Of a stretch of 29,410 nt of DNA, positions 26,373-29,410 are shown one piece after another. Below the pieces are notes generated by a model. The model was not told where the DNA came from, did not search any database, and saw nothing but the letters and a program-made list of their open reading frames with translations. The stretch comes from a virus (Duplodnaviria; Caudoviricetes). Position numbers and translations under genes: made by a program. How positions within the stretch are numbered: the stretch's first letter is position 1; each line of letters starts with the position of its first letter. The stretch covers positions 1 to 29,410 of IMG/VR virus record IMGVR_UViG_3300042868_007151; one strand, written 5' to 3'.

Positions 26373-28522
26373 AGGTACTCGACCCTCCTGGACCTCTTGG
26401 GTTTAACTTCCGTTGGTGGTGTGTCCGTGCTCTGTGGTGGTGCTCCAGGTTCAATGGGTTGCTGCTGCTCGATGCCCTTTGCCGAGGATCGCTTGGACCG
26501 CTTCCCGCCTTCTCCTTCAAGCTTGCATCCTTCCACACTTGCAGCAACACAACAGCCGACCAGGCAGTCCAGCCAGTGGTTGTCCGGTCGGTCTGGTCTA
26601 ATCTTCCACTCATCGACTTCCCTGCCGCGCCCCTTTGTTCGGACTGGATACTCAGCCTTTAGGTGTTTCGCTATCGTCGAGTGTTCATGCGGGTCGGCCT
26701 GATAAAGAACCAGGCTACCCGATGTACCTGGCTCGGTGGATAGTCGCGAGTGGAAGAAGGACTTCCAAAAATTGGTATCGTAGAGCACGTGGCGAATTGG
26801 TACGTCCTTCGCTCGATCGATTCGCCAGTGTTGGCCGACCGCGCGTCCAAGTTTCCTGACGTGGTTCGCGTTGAGTGCTTCGCTCGATGCAGTCACCCCC
26901 TTACCGTGAGACGGATAGAGCACCGATCGGTGGGGACTCGTGCGACAGAACTCATAGACGATGTTTCGCGATAGCCCCCAGTTTGCATCGATCATGATCC
27001 GATTGAATGGGATTTCCCCACCCGTCGCGGTCTTGAGTTTCGACTCCATCAGGTGGGCTACCAGATCCTTGAGTGCTTTGCTCAGCCTGACTTCCAAGGA
27101 GTCACCTGGATACATCTTCGAGAGAGTTTTTCGGACCGTGGAAAGTTTGAAGCTGTTTCCCCTCTGTTGTGGCCAGGCTCCATAATCAACCACCGTCCCT
27201 GTGAAGTCAGATCGCCAAGAAACGATGGAGTAGAACAAGAGATCTTGCTGAACGTCGATAAAGCCGACCACCTTGTCTGTCTGCTCTTGAAGCTGGCCTT
27301 TCTTGGTGATGCCGATCCGCTTGGTAATCTCGTCTTCGCTCAAAATCGAATCGTCGAGTTTTAGCTCGAGCGGGTGGTTTTGGTATTCCGCCCAGAATGC
27401 CTCTTCGTTTCGGAAGTAAAGGTTCATCCCGTTCTGGATCGCGGATAACTCGTCTTTGTTGTGTCGCTCAGGCCAGGCCGCTTCGCAGCCAAGATCCATC
27501 TGGTCTCGGTGCTCCAGGTAGTATTCGGTGGCCTCTTCTCCCTTGCCACCATTGCGAAGGCTGGCTTTCCTGATCTCGTAATACTGCGTCCAAAGATCCA
27601 TGTTGGTTGGCATGCCGTAAAGCAGTTGCGTCCGCTCACCATGCCATTCCGGAGACTCTTCGCGATCCAGCGACATATCCGCCAGGTCACCCTTTTTGAT
27701 GACTGTGCAAGGCATCACGCCAGCGATCTTGACCCCTGGCCCCGCAAGTCCCAATACGTCGCCGTTGATGATCGCTAGCCGGTCGTCGGTCTGCTCCCCG
27801 CTCTTTGCACTCTCGCGAGTTTGTGGGTCGTCAGGGATCACGTAATCAGGCCGAAGGACCTCACCGTCTGGAGTTGTAAACTGCTGCCCTCGAACGTCCC
27901 CAGTGATCCCGCAAACACTGACCACTGAGCCCGATGCTCTTGATCCAGTGATGGTCGGCAAAATCAGAAAGTTGCTTAGCCATTGAATCCCAGTTGGCTC
28001 CCCTTCGTAGGTCTGACCGCTGGCCCGAGCTGCTCGACCCTCAAGCGATCGAATCGGAAAGCAGACTTCGGGGAAGTCTTCGAGCAGTAAAGGGTTGAAT
28101 CTCAGCTCGGACTTGATCGATCCAAGAAGCTTCTCGGCTTTCGTCTCGGTGGCACCGATCAGACACACCCATCGACGATAGCCATAGAGCAAAGACCACA
28201 GAGCAGCGGTGATTGCCAGGGTTGTTTTGCCGTTTCCACGAGGCATGGCCAAAGCAAAGAGGCCACCGTCTCTGACCGTTGTCTCGATCCGCTCAATTAC
28301 CCGCAAGTGATCGCGACTCCATCCCATCGAGAACGCTCTGGGTCTGTAGGTCTCGCAAAATGCGCGAAACGAATCAGCCCCCGCAAGCCGCCGATTTGTA
28401 TCGACTACAGGCGGGATCTCTCCAAGCTCGGAGCCAGCCGACCGCATGTCTCGCATGCGCTCGGCCATTCGCTTCCGATGCTCTTCGTAAGCTGTCTTGT
28501 CCTTATCCTTGGTCGATACCAT
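26369..28522 (-). CDS. terL: Terminase large subunit (GpA-like nuclease domain)
   Basis: Walker A AMPRGNGKTT, DDPQT, FIDVQ, IDANWG and DNHWLDC; upstream of gpW and portal. Confidence 0.9.
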   Translation of the reverse strand: MVSTKDKDKTAYEEHRKRMAERMRDMRSAGSELGEIPPVVDTNRRLAGADSFRAFCETYRPRAFSMGWSRDHLRVIERIETTVRDGGLFALAMPRGNGKTTLAITAALWSLLYGYRRWVCLIGATETKAEKLLGSIKSELRFNPLLLEDFPEVCFPIRSLEGRAARASGQTYEGEPTGIQWLSNFLILPTITGSRASGSVVSVCGITGDVRGQQFTTPDGEVLRPDYVIPDDPQTRESAKSGEQTDDRLAIINGDVLGLAGPGVKIAGVMPCTVIKKGDLADMSLDREESPEWHGERTQLLYGMPTNMDLWTQYYEIRKASLRNGGKGEEATEYYLEHRDQMDLGCEAAWPERHNKDELSAIQNGMNLYFRNEEAFWAEYQNHPLELKLDDSILSEDEITKRIGITKKGQLQEQTDKVVGFIDVQQDLLFYSIVSWRSDFTGTVVDYGAWPQQRGNSFKLSTVRKTLSKMYPGDSLEVRLSKALKDLVAHLMESKLKTATGGEIPFNRIMIDANWGLSRNIVYEFCRTSPHRSVLYPSHGKGVTASSEALNANHVRKLGRAVGQHWRIDRAKDVPIRHVLYDTNFWKSFFHSRLSTEPGTSGSLVLYQADPHEHSTIAKHLKAEYPVRTKGRGREVDEWKIRPDRPDNHWLDCLVGCCVAASVEGCKLEGEGGKRSKRSSAKGIEQQQPIEPGAPPQSTDTPPTEVKPKRSRRVEYL

Positions 28523-29410
28523 TAGGGAGAGCCGAGCAGGCTATTAAGCTCCACGATAGGATCCGAATCAGCAGGGATTGTCACGTAGACCTTGGCACCA
28601 GTTCCACGCCAGGCTTGGTATCTGACGCCTGGTGTAAGGTCCGAGAACTGAGCCACGCCGACTGCATCGCTCACCGCTGTTCTGGTGGCTGTGTCGATAG
28701 CTAGCCCAGTGCTTCCATGCTCGGTGGAGACTGCCTGCATCGACATTGTGACCCCAGTCTCTGGTAGTCCATTGGCACCGAGGACAAGCCAGTACCCAGT
28801 GACGTTGCCAGGACTGCTTGGAGTGATCGCGATAGCAGTAAGACTGTAGGTCTGGTTCACCGTACCAGAGACCGCCAGGACAGCACCCGCGAAAGTTGTG
28901 TTAGGGCTGGTGATGCTTACGATCCAGGAGCCATCATCGATGTTAAAGGTTGCCACGCCGCTGACGTTGGTAGTACCGAGATAGGTTTCGCCAGCCTTGG
29001 TCAGTCGGACTTTCGCCCCTTGGACTGGTGCTCCAGAGAGCTGGACTGTGATATTCACGGTCCGCGCCCCGGTGCCAGTTCCGCCACCACCGCCACCTGA
29101 TGGAGCAAGGCTCAGCGATGACGCTTCCCACTGCCATCCACCGCCACCATCGGACTGGATCATGGAGTAAAGCTGAGCGACGAGATAACCGAGATCCCCT
29201 GCGTCGTAGCTGCTGGTCGATCCGGCTTGCCCCATCACGCCTTCGACAATTCCAGCGATGCTGTGGACATGGCTCGCAGGTATGATAATAAACGTATTAC
29301 CGACCACTGGAGCACTCGTCAGAGGCTCTTCCAAGGTGATCTGCCCGTTGGTGTTGTTGTAGGTAAGTATCGGGCTGTTCTGGTCGATCACTAGGCCAGA
29401 ACAGCCCGAT
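28522..29410 (-). CDS. Partial Gly/Thr-rich beta-sandwich protein (prealbumin/carboxypeptidase-regulatory-like domains); possible virion accessory protein
   Basis: Frame open to the window edge; G.PV.GA.V.L...TN..G.ATF pattern; TAATG coupling to TerL. Confidence 0.65.
   Translation of the reverse strand, partial: SGCSGLVIDQNSPILTYNNTNGQITLEEPLTSAPVVGNTFIIIPASHVHSIAGIVEGVMGQAGSTSSYDAGDLGYLVAQLYSMIQSDGGGGWQWEASSLSLAPSGGGGGGTGTGARTVNITVQLSGAPVQGAKVRLTKAGETYLGTTNVSGVATFNIDDGSWIVSITSPNTTFAGAVLAVSGTVNQTYSLTAIAITPSSPGNVTGYWLVLGANGLPETGVTMSMQAVSTEHGSTGLAIDTATRTAVSDAVGVAQFSDLTPGVRYQAWRGTGAKVYVTIPADSDPIVELNSLLGSP

Noticed and set aside
22523-26702. Long plus-strand ORFs (e.g. 22523-23200, 25896-26702)
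   Set aside because: Antisense shadows of recognisable structural genes with no motifs of their own
29369-29410. Perfect 15-bp inverted repeat (29369-29383 / 29396-29410) ending exactly at the window edge
   Set aside because: It lies inside a coding frame and stops at the sequence end, so it is most likely a fold-back library or assembly artefact rather than a hairpin telomere; read inspection is needed

Overview
The window is a large piece of a tailed dsDNA phage genome with lambda-like packaging and head genes and a siphovirus-type tail. The host is probably a Planctomycetota bacterium, inferred from family resemblance only. Position 1 appears to be the physical cos end, because a cosQ-like GGGTCCT lies 29 nt from the edge. 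Next come a leftward RusA gene and an iteron-rich control/origin region. A rightward early operon follows: small ORFs, a PD-(D/E)XK exonuclease, a Sak4-like AAA ATPase, a DUF669 SSB, an SF2 helicase and a primase-helicase. It converges on a long leftward late operon: TerL, gpW, portal, protease/scaffold, capsid, head-tail and tail genes, tape measure, and Cys-rich and (Gly-Ser)n proteins. That operon ends in a modification cassette of glycosyltransferase-FkbM fusion, membrane-anchored HNH, DNA methylase and radical SAM. The most striking signal is a self-contained promoter-hairpin-terminator small RNA at about 3205-3270. Its loop is the exact antisense of a (GG)AGACAC(GA) motif sitting at the translation starts of at least six early and late genes. 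No integrase, repressor, small terminase or lysis genes were recognised in the window.
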